Below are positions 45,431 through 59,858 of a DNA stretch of 64,000 nt, in pieces. A model generated the notes under the pieces. The model was given only the letters and a program-made list of their open reading frames with translations. It searched no databases and was not told where the DNA came from. This DNA is from the human T2T-CHM13v2.0 reference genome, Homo sapiens, in the NCBI RefSeq assembly GCF_009914755.1, contig NC_060942.1. One strand, written 5' to 3'. Numbering within the stretch: position 1 is the stretch's first letter; the number at the start of each line of letters is the position of its first letter. The translations under genes were made by a program, and so were the position numbers.

Positions 45431-46434
45431 TTCATCTGGTAATAGATAAAAATAGAAACCAAGAGATGTTAGACAGTTTAGAACTACAGGGTTACACTTT
45501 CTGAAAATCTAATATTATCTTAGTAGAGGCAAACCAAAGTTAAAAAGAACGCTACCAAAATATAGTTTATTAATAATTGTCTTTATTAAGTGGAATTAAG
45601 TATTTGGAAGTATATGAATAAAATAATGACCTTAAACTTTTCATATGATCTGATGATCAGGTATGATTACATTGCAGACATTGCTAAAAGGTTGATGAAC
45701 AAAGTAGAAGTATAAAAGCTGATAATGTTGATTTTACTAGTATTTAATACTTAAAGGGATATTTATAATACAATCTCTTGGTGATTTTTGTTTTGTTTTG
45801 TAATGTATTGTGCTGTAGTTCATTGGCATCATGAAAAACAAGGGAATTAAATAAAATATCCTGATAAGTTTATAATAACAAATTAATTGTGATTATTTGC
45901 ACTAAAAGTGCAAAGATGACAAGTCATCCAGTTTTAACTCAATATTGTTTAAGGAAGAGAAATTGTGTATTATTATGATACTAAAACACTCATCTTCTCA
46001 TCTTAGTTGAACAAATCAATGAATAATAGGTTACCATTACAGAGTTTACAGTTCATTGTTTCTGATTTTGACTTCTCTTTCACATCTTCAACAAGTAGCT
46101 TCATAACCTTTAGATATGAATCTGAGTGTCCCTAATACTTCAGAAAAGTCAATAAATATGAAATAAGTTTTCAATGGAGGGAAAACATAATAAAATAATT
46201 TAAAATGCTTTTCTTAGGATATAGTCAGCCACATGGAAGGAATATACAAAATTTTAGTATATTTTGGTGAGAGGGAACCAGCTGGAAGTCATCCAAGAGT
46301 GGTCTGCTAAGCCACTCCCTTTAGGAGTTCCCAGGTCGGCTTGGCTCAAGGAGCCCAAGGTAACCAAGCCAAGCTGCATGGGTGCACCCAGCTTTTTCTG
46401 CCAAGCACCAGTGAGTGCAAAGCTAAATGCATAG

Positions 46435-46790
<356 letters not shown>

Positions 46791-46919
46791 TGAAAAAACA
46801 GAATTTATAGCAAGATATTAATTTTTTTTAATTACTCAGGACTTAATGAAGCATTGCACATCTATGCACTATAAAAATGCTTTATGAAAGAGAAAAATGT
46901 GAGTAGAAAAAAATATGTG

Positions 46920-47253
46920 GGTCAGGTGTGGTGGCTCACGCTTGTAATCCCAGCACTTTGAGAGGCAGAGGTAGGTAGATTGACTGAGGTCAGGAGTTTC
47001 AGAGTAGCCGGGCCAACATGGCGAAAGCCCGTCTCTACTAAAAACAGAAAAAATTAGCGGGGTGTGATGATGGGCACCTGTAATCCCAGTTACTAGGGAG
47101 GCTGAGACAGGAAAATCACTTTAACCCGGGAGGTGGAGGTTGCAGTGAACCAAGATCGTACCACTGCACTCCAGCCTGGATGTCAGAGCAAGAATCCACC
47201 TCAGGAAAAAAACAAAAAACAAAAAACAAACAAACAAACAAACAAACAAAAAA
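46920..47253 (+). mobile_element. AluSx-like with (AAAC)n tail
   Basis: ggtcaggtgtggtggctcacgcttgtaatcccagc...ccactgcactccagcctgg followed by the tail. Confidence 0.92.
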
Positions 47254-47709
47254 CTATATATATATAGATATATATATCTCTCTCTCTATATATAGAGAAA
47301 AAACTATATATATAGTGTATATATACTATATATAAAAAACTATATATATAGTTATATATATAACTATATATAAATATATATAACTATATATTTATATATA
47401 TACTATATATAAATATATAGTATATATATAAAAAACTATATATAGTGTATATATATACTATATATAGTATATATATACACTATATATAGTGTGTATATAT
47501 ACACTATATATAGTGTATATATATACTATATATAGTGTATATATATACTATATATAGTGTATATATACACACACTATATATAGTATATATATACACTATA
47601 TATAGTATACACTACATATACACTATATATAGTGTATATATATACTATAGTGTATATATAGTATATATATATAGTGTATATATAGTGTGTGTGTATATAT
47701 ATATACTAT
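47254..47709. repeat. TA-rich degenerate tandem repeat (about 450 bp)
   Basis: Units such as ctatatatagtgtatatata, read directly. Confidence 0.95.
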
Positions 47710-48199
47710 GTACTCAAAAGTACATAATTCTATCTATAGATTTATATATGTACACATCCTGTACAATAGTTGCATTAAAATATGTACTCATTCACATCAA
47801 AACAGAGAAATACATTGACAACCTTTTCAAGTAGTAGTACTAAGACCTAACGTGTATTGTACTTGACTAAATATGGGAATATTATGTGTTTACATATTTT
47901 TGTTTATTTAATATATAGCCTCTATACAGCAATTTTAGCATGAACGTTTGGCCACATGGAGCTTTTGGAGAACTCTGTTTAAGAGATCCAAAGACCTTTA
48001 ACTGTTACATTCCTAAACAAATTCTTCTTTAGCAAGTCCTCCTTGCACTGCTGGTCTGCAGCTACCTGCTCCCTCCTCTCCCCCCGTTTCTGAGTACCTG
48101 GCCCTCTGTTAAGAATGAAGTGGGAGAACTGGTGAGTAAGCAGAGCTTATACCATTAGAATACTTATAGGTTGGGGAACAAAAGCCATGTTAAAAGAAT

Positions 48200-49330
48200 G
48201 AAATGTAACTCATTGAACAAACATGTAGGAGCCATTATGTTTCAGACTATCTTGTTGTGGAACATACAGGGATGAACATGAGAGACAAATTTCTCTGTCC
48301 TCATGAATCTTATATCTTAGGGGGAAGAACTGTGAAATAAAAGACTAAACAAATTAAAAATAACAACGTTTCAGGAGGCGATATGTGTTACAAATAGATT
48401 AATGCGGAATCATGTAGTTACCTGGGGGAGTTGCTCTGGGAAGGCCCTCATTTCCTCTTCTGCTCATCTACTCTGAGTGGGAACAGAGAGCTCAAATACC
48501 TGACAACATGGCAGGGAGTGAGCCATGAACATCTAGAAGGGGCATCCTAGACAGAGATAAAGGCAAATATGAAGACGGTAGATGTTGTAGAATATGAAAA
48601 AAATCATAGATGGTAACAGAGCTTGGCATGTTCAAGGTAGAAAAGAAGGCCAGCAGAGCTGTGGGGCGGTGAAGGAGGCGGGAGAGGGGCCACAGTTGTC
48701 TGCAACAAGGCAAAGGACAGGTCAGAGAAACATTTGTGGACCATTTTAAGAAGTCTGAACCTTATTCTAACTGTAATGGGAAGTCACCACAGAGTTTTAA
48801 ACAGGAGTAGAACATTACATGATCTATACTTTTCGATTATCTGCTGTTAAATAATGGCTTTAAAGGAGACCTAACAGGAAACAGGCAGACACCACTGGAA
48901 ACTCTTGAGAGTCTAATGAGAATATGGTGGTTTAAACTTAGAAATTTTCAGAAAGAATGGAGAATGGTGAGAATGGTGAATAGATCCCAGATACAGGTTG
49001 CGGATAGAGTCAGGATAACGTGCTGAGGATGAAGAATTTTCTCCTAAATTTTTTTGTCACTATTAAGCAACTTGGAGGAAGGCAAGTTCCCTTCACTGAT
49101 CTACAGAAACATTGTGAAGATTAAGTTGGTGATGTAGGAAATTAGAAACTTCTGTGTTGGCCAAGTTAATAGTGAGATGCCCATCAAACATCTTAAGTAT
49201 AGGTGTCAAGTTGACAGTTGGATGAAAACAAGTGTAGACATACTGGAGATGTCAGATATGCACCTGCACACACACACACACACACACACACGCCTTTACA
49301 TCTTTGTCACGTGCATGGTATTAAGTCAGT
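48200..49330 (-). mobile_element. L2 LINE 3' region
   Basis: cattgaacaaacat...gatgaacatgagagacaaatttctctgtcctcatgaatctta, gagcttggcatgttcaagg, gagttttaaacaggagtagaacat, tgagatgcccatcaaacatc. Confidence 0.75.
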
Positions 49331-50484
49331 TTCAAGATATAGTGTAGGATTACATCCCCAAATCCTGGAGAAAAACAAAAGTTTTCCAGATGGACTAGGA
49401 AAAGAAAGAAATACTTTTATTTGCAAATGTGGATTCAAGAGGCTATTCCATGGATTCGTGCTGCATTCATTTGACAACTTTTCAGCCTACATTGTTCTAG
49501 GTGTTGTTGCAGCTAGAGGGTTTCTATTTCAAAGCTCACAGTTTATTATATAATCTTTGAGTTAGTGTCTGTTGTAGCAATTGCAAATATACTCTCTGAG
49601 GCACATGCAAAAATGACCTGCTATCAAATATAAACAAGGTCAGAGAGCTCTCCCCCAAATAGAACCAGAGAATTGTTTTTTTTTTTTTAAATTTAGGTGA
49701 ATTTAACAAAATTCATCAACACCAAGTGTTTGGAACTCAAATTGTAGCTGAGGAAAAAATCGTTATGTCAAATAGCCTATATTGCATCACAATGACTGTG
49801 GAGTCACTTTAACCCAACTTACAAAACTGATAAATTAAATTATAATGCTAACTTGATAATTAATAATGAGAAATAACTATTATCAGCTTAAAACTAAATG
49901 TTCAAAAAATTAAAACTTTCTAGCTGTCTAGGAAAGTTTACTCTGTAGTCAAATTATAATTATAAGATAGTTTCTGTGGACATATAATTTTAAGAAGATG
50001 TTTTCAGAGTTTAAAACTTAATTTAATAATTGCCTGATGTGATTCTCTAGACGAACCACCTTTTCATTGTAAAAAGTATATCAAAGCCCATTGGCTACTG
50101 TAATGGATGTGGTACCTGGAGTCACACAATTTTATTTCCATCCATTACACTGTCTCTGCACTCTCTGCTAGTCCCAGCCTATCTCCCTTTCCTTTGAGAA
50201 ATTGCCCTGTTCCTATTCCCTGTGCCTCTGTTGGAGTTATCAACCACAGAGCTCTCTCTAACCGTTTATAACCCAGATCTTACATAGAAAGACCCTTCTC
50301 CTTGGTTGTATCCTGGGGTCTGCGGTCAAGACATTAAAAACTCTATTTTATCTCCCTACTCTAAGGCCAATATGGAGTGCATCAGTATGGGGTCCAGGAG
50401 GATGGTTGGAACAGGAGGTCTTTGTGTTCTAAATAGAAAGCACAGAGGCAGGCAGATTTCAAACAAAAATATGATTCAAAGCAA

Positions 50485-50748
50485 TGAATCCATCCTCACA
50501 AGGTTAACAAGAATTCTGGAGAGAACTATAGTTATAATTAAACATTGATTAGGCTGCACTTGGACTCACTTTCTTATAACCATAAGCCACACAGCACTGG
50601 ATGCTGACCATCTGCATCCCCATCATTCCCATGGATAGGACCTCTGACATGAGAATCATAAGGCTTTTGTTTAAGAATTGATAAATTGTTTTCAGACCCT
50701 GAATTCCAGTGAAACAGCTGACACCAACTAGTTTGAAGACCCCCACAG
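50485..50748 (+). mobile_element. ERV1 LTR 5' part (MER72-like)
   Basis: tgaatccatcctcacaaggttaacaagaattctgga...aggctgcactt...gaatcataaggcttttgtttaagaattg...gtttgaagacccccacag. Confidence 0.7.
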
Positions 50749-51709
50749 TAATAGTTGCATTACTATCAGTTACCCTTGTCCCAATCCCCCAGGGGCAATG
50801 TGATGAGAGCCAGAAGTCACCCTACATGCACAGAGTAATGGGAAAGGAAGCCAGCCACAATTATGACTATGGCCCTATAGGACAGTTTACAGAGTTGCCA
50901 ACTCTCCCCTTCTAAGACAGAGAGAGAAACCTAGTCATCACTGACAGTTCCCTTGGGATATAAACCCTGGCTCCTTGGCTGGGAATATTATTCCTCTCTG
51001 TAATGTAAATGCATTTTCTCAGGAAAAAAAAAGCCGTTGCCCATTCTCCTTCAAGTTAAGCATTTGATTCTTTAGCAGATGACTCCAGGTCTCATACCCT
51101 TTAAATCACAAGGCTTTCCCTTAACCCAGGTTCTAGTTTTCCTTTTTGTGTGTTTGTTTTCTATTCTCATAAAGTCTTTACCATTCTGTAAGGTGAAAAT
51201 ATTAATAGTTCTTCTTATAAATACATGGAAGAATTTTAGAAATTGTTTATGTGAGAATAAGTATGTGGTGTATGTGTATAGGCAGGGGATACAAACGTTG
51301 GAATGTATTTAAATGTGGTAATGATGATAATAGAACAGGCATTTAGAGCGAGCCATATGTGTAATCCATTGTGTTAACATGTTTATAACGATAAAATCAT
51401 TTACTCTTCACTCAGAAAACATGGTGTAGGTAATACCTTATTTTACAATTGAAGAAACAGAAATAGAGTTTAAGCAAGTTTCCTACTTCAAAAAGCAAAT
51501 GAAAGGTGTAAATGAGATATGAACTCAGTCTTACTTTAGCCTATGCTCCTGCATTCTGTTCAATGTGGATTATGGCAGCTGCAGTCTTTATCTACCCATA
51601 TACCACTCCTTCTTTAGAAAAAAATATCAACATTTTAATTTTGATATCCACTTTTACCCTAATGGGTGGGTGTGTGGTTCTGGTGAAGCTCTCCATCTTG
51701 GCATCCATC

Positions 51710-52162
51710 TATTATAGGTTCAATTTTGTCTTCTCAAAATATGTGTGGATTCTCTTCCAGTATCTATAAATGCAACTTGATGTGGAAATAGCGTCTATGC
51801 AGAATTAATCAAGTTAACATGAGGTCATTAAGGTGGACCCTAAACTAATACAATTAGTATCATTATAAGAATAAGAGATGCAGAGACAGAGGGAAGATCA
51901 TGTAAAGGTACGCAAGATGTGCACCCCGTGGTGATGGAGACAGACATTGAAGCGGTGTTCAGTAATCCAAGGAATGCTATGGATCCCTGGCAGCACTGGA
52001 AGCTAAGAACAGACACTGCTTGGGAGTCTTCAGAGAGAACGCAGCCCTGCTGACACCTTGATTTTGGAATTCTGACAACCAGAACTGCGAGATAATACAT
52101 ATGTGTTGTTTTGAGACATCCATTCTGTGGGACTTTTTTAAGGTAGCTATAGGAAAATCCCT
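51710..52162 (+). mobile_element. MLT1C-like MaLR LTR
   Basis: aagttaacatgaggtcatt...ccaaggaatgc...gccctgctgacaccttgattttgga...ccagaactgcgagataata. Confidence 0.85.
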
Positions 52163-55100
52163 AGGCAATTTTAAACAACATGCGTGACTTGTTTAGTCAG
52201 AGTAATTGGTTCAGAGATAGATACATGATAGAAGCTAATCTATAGTACCCACCTTGGGACTTTAACTAAAGTTTTTAAGATAGGAGAATAAGTGTCTAGA
52301 TTAGGACATGCTCTTTTCTTCAACTGAATGGAGATACCATGTCATTGAAAGCAGGGTCAGAAAGTGAAGGAAATGATGCCACGCTGATGTGGTTATGCCT
52401 CTAGATCCAACTATGGATCCAGTTTCCTTTTGTTTAAAGTGTTTTTATTGCTTAAAATAGATATATTTGTAATATACTAAATGATTGCACTTTCAAGAAC
52501 ATCTGCAGTTCAAAGGCTATTGAATATCAACACTTCTTCCCACACGAATTGATACTGCCAATTATTGACACTGTGATCCCTCTTATTTAATTAAAACAAT
52601 ATTTCTTGACCTCAGCATTTGAGCCCAGCTGGCACCTTGCCCTTTGGGGACCAGACATTCTAGCATAGAGACTCCTCATCTGAGCCTGTAGAGAAGCTGT
52701 GCCACCTCAGCATCTGAACCAGCTTAGTGCTTTGGATTCAGGGATTGGAGCTTTGGCCCAGGGGAGCAGCCATGACCCTGGTGTTTGAGCTTATGTGACG
52801 CCTAATGCCCAGGGAGACATAGATTTTGCCAAACTGTATCACAGTGCCATATGGGCCAAGTATCAATCAGCAGCACCCTCGCTTCTGGATATGGGCCAGC
52901 TCCCTGGGGTCTGAGCTGCTGAGGTGCCCCACATCCCTGGGGAGTGTAGCTAACGTTGCACTGTTCCTTGACCTCTGAGCCCTTGCTGTCACACACTCAG
53001 CCTCACAGAACTGGGGCACTGCTGTGTTCTACCATTCTAGAGTCCAGAGTCACCAATATGCAGCACCTTCTTTGCTGGTAACCAAGTTGTCACTGTATTT
53101 TGTTGGCTTCCAAAGTGCAAATGTGCCCTGCTTCCCCAGGCCCAAACCTCTGGAACAGGCCTCCCTCTCCAGAGCCATGCCAGTGTTGCACTTTGACCTC
53201 TAGAATCAGAGTAACAGCTGTAGCTCTGCCCCATGGGGCTAAGCTACCGAAGAGCATCTCAGATTCTTAGTCTGCTTGGTGGAAGAGCTGCATCCATGTA
53301 AACTTAAGAGAGTAAACCTGCATCCATGTCACAGGTGCCTCAGTAATTAAACAAGACACTGAGCCCTGCACTCCAGCTCCACACCACACTGAACACCTAT
53401 GCCTTGGAACACAGCATCAGTTCGGCTGCCTGTGGCCCAAGTAACACCTAATACCAAAAGAGATCCCTTCAGAGAAGTCTCCCCACTGTGTAGAAAATGA
53501 GACCAGGAAGATCATTAAAGTCCTTCCCACTGAGAACCCTAACAATCTATATTGCCACAACTGCTGCCACCAACTCCCACAGCCTAGGCCACTGAGGCAC
53601 CTACAGTCATTGCTGATGTTGATTAAACCCGAAGAAGCTGCACAGACTACACTATTGTACCCAGCTAGAATCAGAGCCAATGCACTCTAACCAAACAACC
53701 CTCTAAAACCCATTTGCAAATACAAGCATTTCACTGTGAAAGCCACTCTATAAAATTGGAAGAGGTAATGGTAATGGTTCTACCAGATGCACAGGTATCA
53801 ACACAGGGATACAAGAAATATGAAAAAAAAAAAAAAAAAAGGAAACATGATGCCACCAAAGAAAAACAATAATGATCTAGTAACTAACCCCAAAGAAATG
53901 AACATTTACAAGTTTTCTGAAAAAGAGTTCAAAATAACGATCTTAAGGAAACTCAGAAAGATACAAGAGAATACAGAATAATATCAAAAATAAAATTTAT
54001 TTCAATAAAATCAAATACAATTTATGATCCAAATAAGAATTTAACAAAGACATAGATACCTTAAAAAAGAACCAATCTGTAACATTAGAGCTGAAAAATC
54101 TCAATTAATGAAATAAAAAATACAATTGAGAGATTCAACAGATTAAATGAAGCAGAAGAAAATCTGAACTTGAAGGCAGATCTTTTGAAATAACCCAGAC
54201 AGCTGGAAAAAAAAAAAAAAAAACAGAATAAAAAATAGCGAAGAAAAGCCTGTGAGATTCTCGGAACACCAATAAGTGAACAAATCTTTGTATTATGTAA
54301 ATTCCAGAGAATCAAGAGATGGAGAGGGGCACAGAAAGCTTATTTAACAAAATAATTGCAAAATATTTCCTAAGACTTGGGAGATATATGCATATCTAGA
54401 CCCATAAAGCTTAAAAATCCCCAAATAGGTTCAGCCCAAAGAAGTCACAACTGAGGCACAATATAATCACAATGATGATAGGCAAAGACAAAGAGAGAAT
54501 TTTAAAAGCATCAAGAAAAAACACAAAGTGACATATAAGAAAATTCTCATTAGACTATCAGTGGATTTCTTAGCAGAAACTTTGCAAGCCAGAAGAGAAT
54601 GGGATGGTATTTTCAAATTGCTAAATAAAAAAGAAAACCTGCTAGCCAAATACTTTACCCAGAAAAGTTGTCTCTCAGAAATGAAGGAGAAATAAAATAT
54701 TTCCCAGATAAGCAAGAGCTAAAGGGGTTCATCACCACTAGATCAGTGTTACAAAAAAATACTTAAAGGAGTGTGACAGTCTGAAGCAAAAGGAGAGTAA
54801 GTTTTACTATCATGAAGACATATGAAAGTATAAAACTCACTGGTAGAGGTAAATTCATAATAAAATTTAGAAAACTCCATTACTGTAATGGTGGTATGTA
54901 AATCTTTCAAATCTTAGTATGAATGTTAAAAGTTAAAATGGTCAAAAATAACTATAGCCACAATAAGTTACTGAGGAACACGTGATATATAAAGATGTAA
55001 ACTGTGATAACAAAAATAAAAATTATACGTTTGAAAAGAAAGGCTAGAGTACTTATATGCAAATGAAGTTAGTTGTAATCAGCTTAAAATACTCTATCAT

Positions 55101-56117
55101 AACTTTTAGATGTTTTAGATCAGCCCCATGGTAACCACAAAGCAAAGCATTACAGTACATTCACAAACGAGAAAGATGAAATCAAAACTTAGCATACAGA
55201 AACTAATTAAATTACATAGGTAAACAACAGGAGAGGAAGAAAGAAACAAAGGATCTATAAAACAACCAGAAAACAATAAAAAAGTAAGGAATAAGTCCTT
55301 ATCTAGCAATAATAATCTTGAATATAAATGAATAAACTGGCCAATCAAAACATACAGAGTGACTAAAAGGTCACTAAATGCTAGTATTTTTTATAAAATG
55401 GAGAATTTAAAGGAGCAGATAACTGCTAGAGTTTTGTTCCCAATGTAAGTAGAAGTCTTGATGCATATTAAGCACTCCATTAAACATTGTATTTTTTTTT
55501 TCCTTTCAAACTCTTTGGTCCTTATGATTCTGACACTCTAACATTGGAGTATTGTATCATAATGATCTAGCAGGCTATTATAAACAACTATATGCCATTG
55601 AATTCGATAGGCTAGAGGAAGTTTATAAATTCCCAGAAAAATATAACCTAGATGTATAACCTGAATATAAATGGATACAAAAACGTGTTCCAACTACATT
55701 CTGCCTATGAGAAATCCATTGTAGCTCTAAAGACGCAAATAACCTGAGAATGAAAGCAAGGAAGAAAATATTCCATGTCATTAGTAACCAAAAGAAAGCA
55801 AGGGTGGCTATATTTATATCATATAAAATAAAATAAACTTCTAGTAAAATTTTGTTACAAGGAACAAAAATGGTCATTGTTTAGTGATGAAGAGGTCAAC
55901 TTATTAAAACTACAGAACTATTATAAATATACATATCACATATTAGAGCACCTAAATATACAAAGCAAATATTCATGGACATAAAAGAAGAGATTGATAG
56001 CAATGGTAACAATACAATAATAGTAGGAGACTTCAGTTTTATCGTTGAAGTGTTTATCTCAACACTGCATAGATCAACCAGAGAGGAAATAAATTTGAAC
56101 TGCACTTCAAACCAAAT

Positions 56118-56259
56118 AGACAGATTAAAAACATTCCATCCAACAACAACAGAATATACATTCTTTTCTAGTGTACATGGAACATTGACAGACAGATATA
56201 AAACATTCCATCCAACAACAACAGAATTTACATTGTTTTCTAGTGTACAGGGAACATTG
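56118..56259. repeat. 72-bp tandem duplication inside the L1 endonuclease region
   Basis: agacagat...aaacattccatccaacaacaacagaat...tctagtgtaca.ggaacattg at 56118-56187 and 56190-56259, about 5 mismatches. Confidence 0.9.
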
Positions 56260-56997
56260 TTCAAGGTAAACCATATATTAGGCCACAAAACAAGTCTTAA
56301 CAAATCCAAGAGCACAATGGTGTTAAACTAGAAATCAGTAACACCAGGAATCTTGGAAAATTCACAAATATGAGGAAATTAAACAACAAGCTCCTGAACA
56401 ACCAATAAGGCATAGAATAAACCAAAAGAGATATTTTAAAATATCTTAAGACAAACAACAATAGATACACATGTTAAAACCTATAGGATGCAACAAAAGT
56501 ACTTCTAATTGGAAAGTTTACAGCAACAAATATCTACTTTTAAAAAGAAGAAAGATCCCAAGTAAATAGTCTAATAGCATACCTCAGGGAGCTAGAAACA
56601 AAGAACAAACTGATCCCAACATTAGCGAAGGAAGAAAATTATAAAAATCAGAACAAAAATAAATAAAATAGAGAACAGAAAAGTCATAGGAAAAAGTCAA
56701 TTAAAGAAAGAGTTGGCTATTTGAAAAACTAAGCAAAATCAACAAAATCTTTGTTAGAATAACAGAAAAAAAGACAAGACTCAAATAAATAAAATTAGAA
56801 ACAAAAAGCAGAGACATTACAACAGAAGCCTCAGAAATGAAGACAGTCATAAAGGACTATTGTGATCAAATATAGGCCACCAAACCGGATAGCCTAGAGG
56901 AAATTGATAAATTCCCGGAAAAATATAATCTACTTAAATTGAATCAGAAAGAAATAGAAAGCATGAACAGACCAATAACATAAAAAGACCGAACAAG

Positions 56998-57367
56998 GGT
57001 GGTAGTCTGTTCTCACACTGCTAATACACACCGGAGACTGGGTAATTTATAAAAGAAATAGGTTTAATTGACTAACAGTGCTGTATGGCTGTGAAGGCCT
57101 CAGGAAAACTATCATGGCAGAAGGAGAAGCAAGCACGTCCTTCTTTACCTGATGGCAGGAATGAGAAATGCAGAGCGAAGGGGGCCAGGGAAGTCCTTTA
57201 TAAAACATCAGATGTCATGAGAACTCACTCATTATTAGGTGAACAGCATGGAGGTTACCACCCCATGATTCAATTACCTCCCACCAGGTCCCTTCCACAA
57301 CATGTGGGGATAATGTGAACTACAATTCAAGCTGAGATTTCGGTGGGGACACAGTCAAATCATACCA
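56998..57367 (-). mobile_element. THE1 (THE1D-like) solo LTR inserted in L1 ORF2
   Basis: tagtctgttctcacactgctaat...gagactgggtaatttat...ggtggggacacagtcaaatcatacca. Perfect TSD acaag at 56993-56997 and 57368-57372. Confidence 0.9.
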
Positions 57368-59826
57368 ACAAGTAGCTACCATCTTTCCAATAAAGAAAAG
57401 CCCAGGACCAGATGGCCTCATGACTGAATTCTACCTAACATTAAAAAAAAATTATTATTTCCAGTTTTCTTAATCTCTTCCAAAATAAGAAGGTAGTGTG
57501 TAAACTTTCAAGTACATTTTACAAGGGTGTCACCACTGTGACATCTAAGCCAGACAGATACTACAAGAAAATTCAACTACAGATCAGTATCTCTGATAAA
57601 CATTGATGCAAAAATTATCAATAAAATATTAGCAAACTGAATTCAACAACACATCAAAAACATACATTATGATCAAGTGGGATTTATCCCTGGCATGCAA
57701 GATTGGTTTCACATATGCAAATCAATCAATACGTTACATCACATTAACAGAATGAAACATAAATACCACATGGTCATCTCAATTAACATAAAATCATTTG
57801 ACAAAATTCACCCTACTTTATTGATAAAAACTCTTAACAGTTTAGGTATAAAAGGAAAGCTCCTCGACGTTATAAAGGCCATTTATTTACTAACAAACAA
57901 ACAAACAAACAAAACCACACACACATACAACAAAAAAAAACAGCTAACATCATAATCAATGGGGAACAACTGAAAACTTTCCACTGTGATCCAGTACAAG
58001 GTAGAGATGCCCACTCTCATCACTCCCATTCACAATGTATTAGAAGTCCTAGCAAGAGCAACAGACAAGATAAATAAATAAAAGGCATCCAAATCAGAAG
58101 GGAAGAAGTAACATGATTTCTATCTGCAGATGCCATGATTACCCCAGAACTGCTAGAACTAACAAATGAATTCAATAAAATTGCAGGACACAAAATTAAC
58201 ATACAAAAATCAGTACTACTTCTATACCAAAATAATGATCTAGCTGAAAATAAATTTTTTAAAAATCCCACTTATGAAAGCATAAAAAATGACTACAAAT
58301 CAACTTACTCAAAAAAGTGAAAGATATGAACATTAAAAAGTATAAAACATTGACTAAAACAATTAAATAAGACAAATAAGACACAAATAAATGAAAAGAT
58401 ATCCCATGTTCATGGGTGAGAAGAAATAGTATTGTTAAAATATTTATACTACCCAAAGCAATATACATATTTAGGGTTATCCATATCAAAGTTTCAACAG
58501 CAGTTTTCATAGAAATAGAAGAAAACAATCCTAAAATGTGTATGGAACCACAAAAACTCCGAATATCCAAAGTAATACTGAGAAAGAAAAAAAATAAAGT
58601 TGAAGGCTTTATTCCTAATTTAAGTTTATATTACAAAGCTACAGTAATCAAAACATTATGGTACTGTCATAAAAACAGAAACATAGACTAATGGAACAGA
58701 ATAGAAAGCCCAACAAGCAATCCAAACCTATATGGTTAAGCAATTTTTGACAAGGGCATCACAATAACATAATGGAAAAGAATAGTCTCTTTTATAAATT
58801 GTGTTGGGAAAACTGGATTTACACATGCAAAGGAATGAAGGTGGACTGTTAGCTTAGACCATACACAAAAATCAACTCGTAATAGACAAAAGACCTAAAT
58901 GTAAGACCTGAAACCGTAAAACACCTAGAAGAGAACATAAAGGAAAGTATTCTTGACATTGGCCTTTGTAATAATTTTATTTAATGTGAAACCCAAAGCT
59001 CAGGCTACAAAAGCAAAAATAAGTAAATGGAACTACATTAGACTAAAAAGCTTCTGTATAGCAAAAGGAGCAACTTAAAATATGAAAAGGCAACCTACAA
59101 CCAGGAAAAATATTTGCAAATCATGTATCTGATAAGAGGATAATATCCAAAATTTATAAAGAACACAACTCAATAGGAGAAAAACAAACAACCCCATTAA
59201 AATATGAGCAAAGAGCTCAAAGATATATTTCTCCAAAAAAGACATAAAATTGGCCACCAAATTTATGAAAGGTGTTCAACATCACTAATCATCAAGGAAA
59301 TGCTAATTAAAATAACTGAGATAGCACCACACATCTGTGAGAATGGCTATTATCAAAAAGATAGAAAACAACAAATGTTGGTGAGGGTATGGTGAGAAGG
59401 AAACCCTTGCACACCACTGATAAGAATGTAGATTGGTATAGCCACTATGGAAAACAGTATGAAGGTTCCTAAAGAAATTAAAAATAGAACTACCATAGGG
59501 CCCAGAAATTCCTCTTCTGGGTATATACCTGAAGGAATTAAAATCAACATCTCATAAAGATGTTGGCATATCTATGTTCAGTACAGGATTAGCCACAATA
59601 GCCAAGGTATGGGAACAACCTAAATGTCCATCAATAAGCTAATGAATAAAGAAAATTTTTATATATACACAATGAAACATTATTCAGCCTTAAAAAACAA
59701 GAGGTCCCTGACATTTGCCACAGCAGAGATGGCTCTGAGGACACGGTGTTAAGTGAAATAATCCAGATAAGAAAGAAAAATGTTGCATGGTCTCACTTAT
59801 ATGAACAATATATATTTGGGCTCATA

Positions 59827-59858
<32 letters not shown>

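Noticed and set aside
46262-46425. GC-richer patch with donor-like AAG|gtaacc
   Set aside because: No matching acceptor and no recognisable product. Too weak to call an exon.
47535-47834. 99-aa Tyr/Ile-rich ORF
   Set aside because: Translation of the TA-rich repeat.
50750-51120. Possible additional LTR fragment
   Set aside because: LTR-like composition, but I could not assign a family or boundaries.
53787-59550. Multiple ORFs with L1 ORF1/ORF2 similarity
   Set aside because: Fragments of one dead L1M with many stops, frameshifts and inserted elements. It is not retrotransposition-competent.
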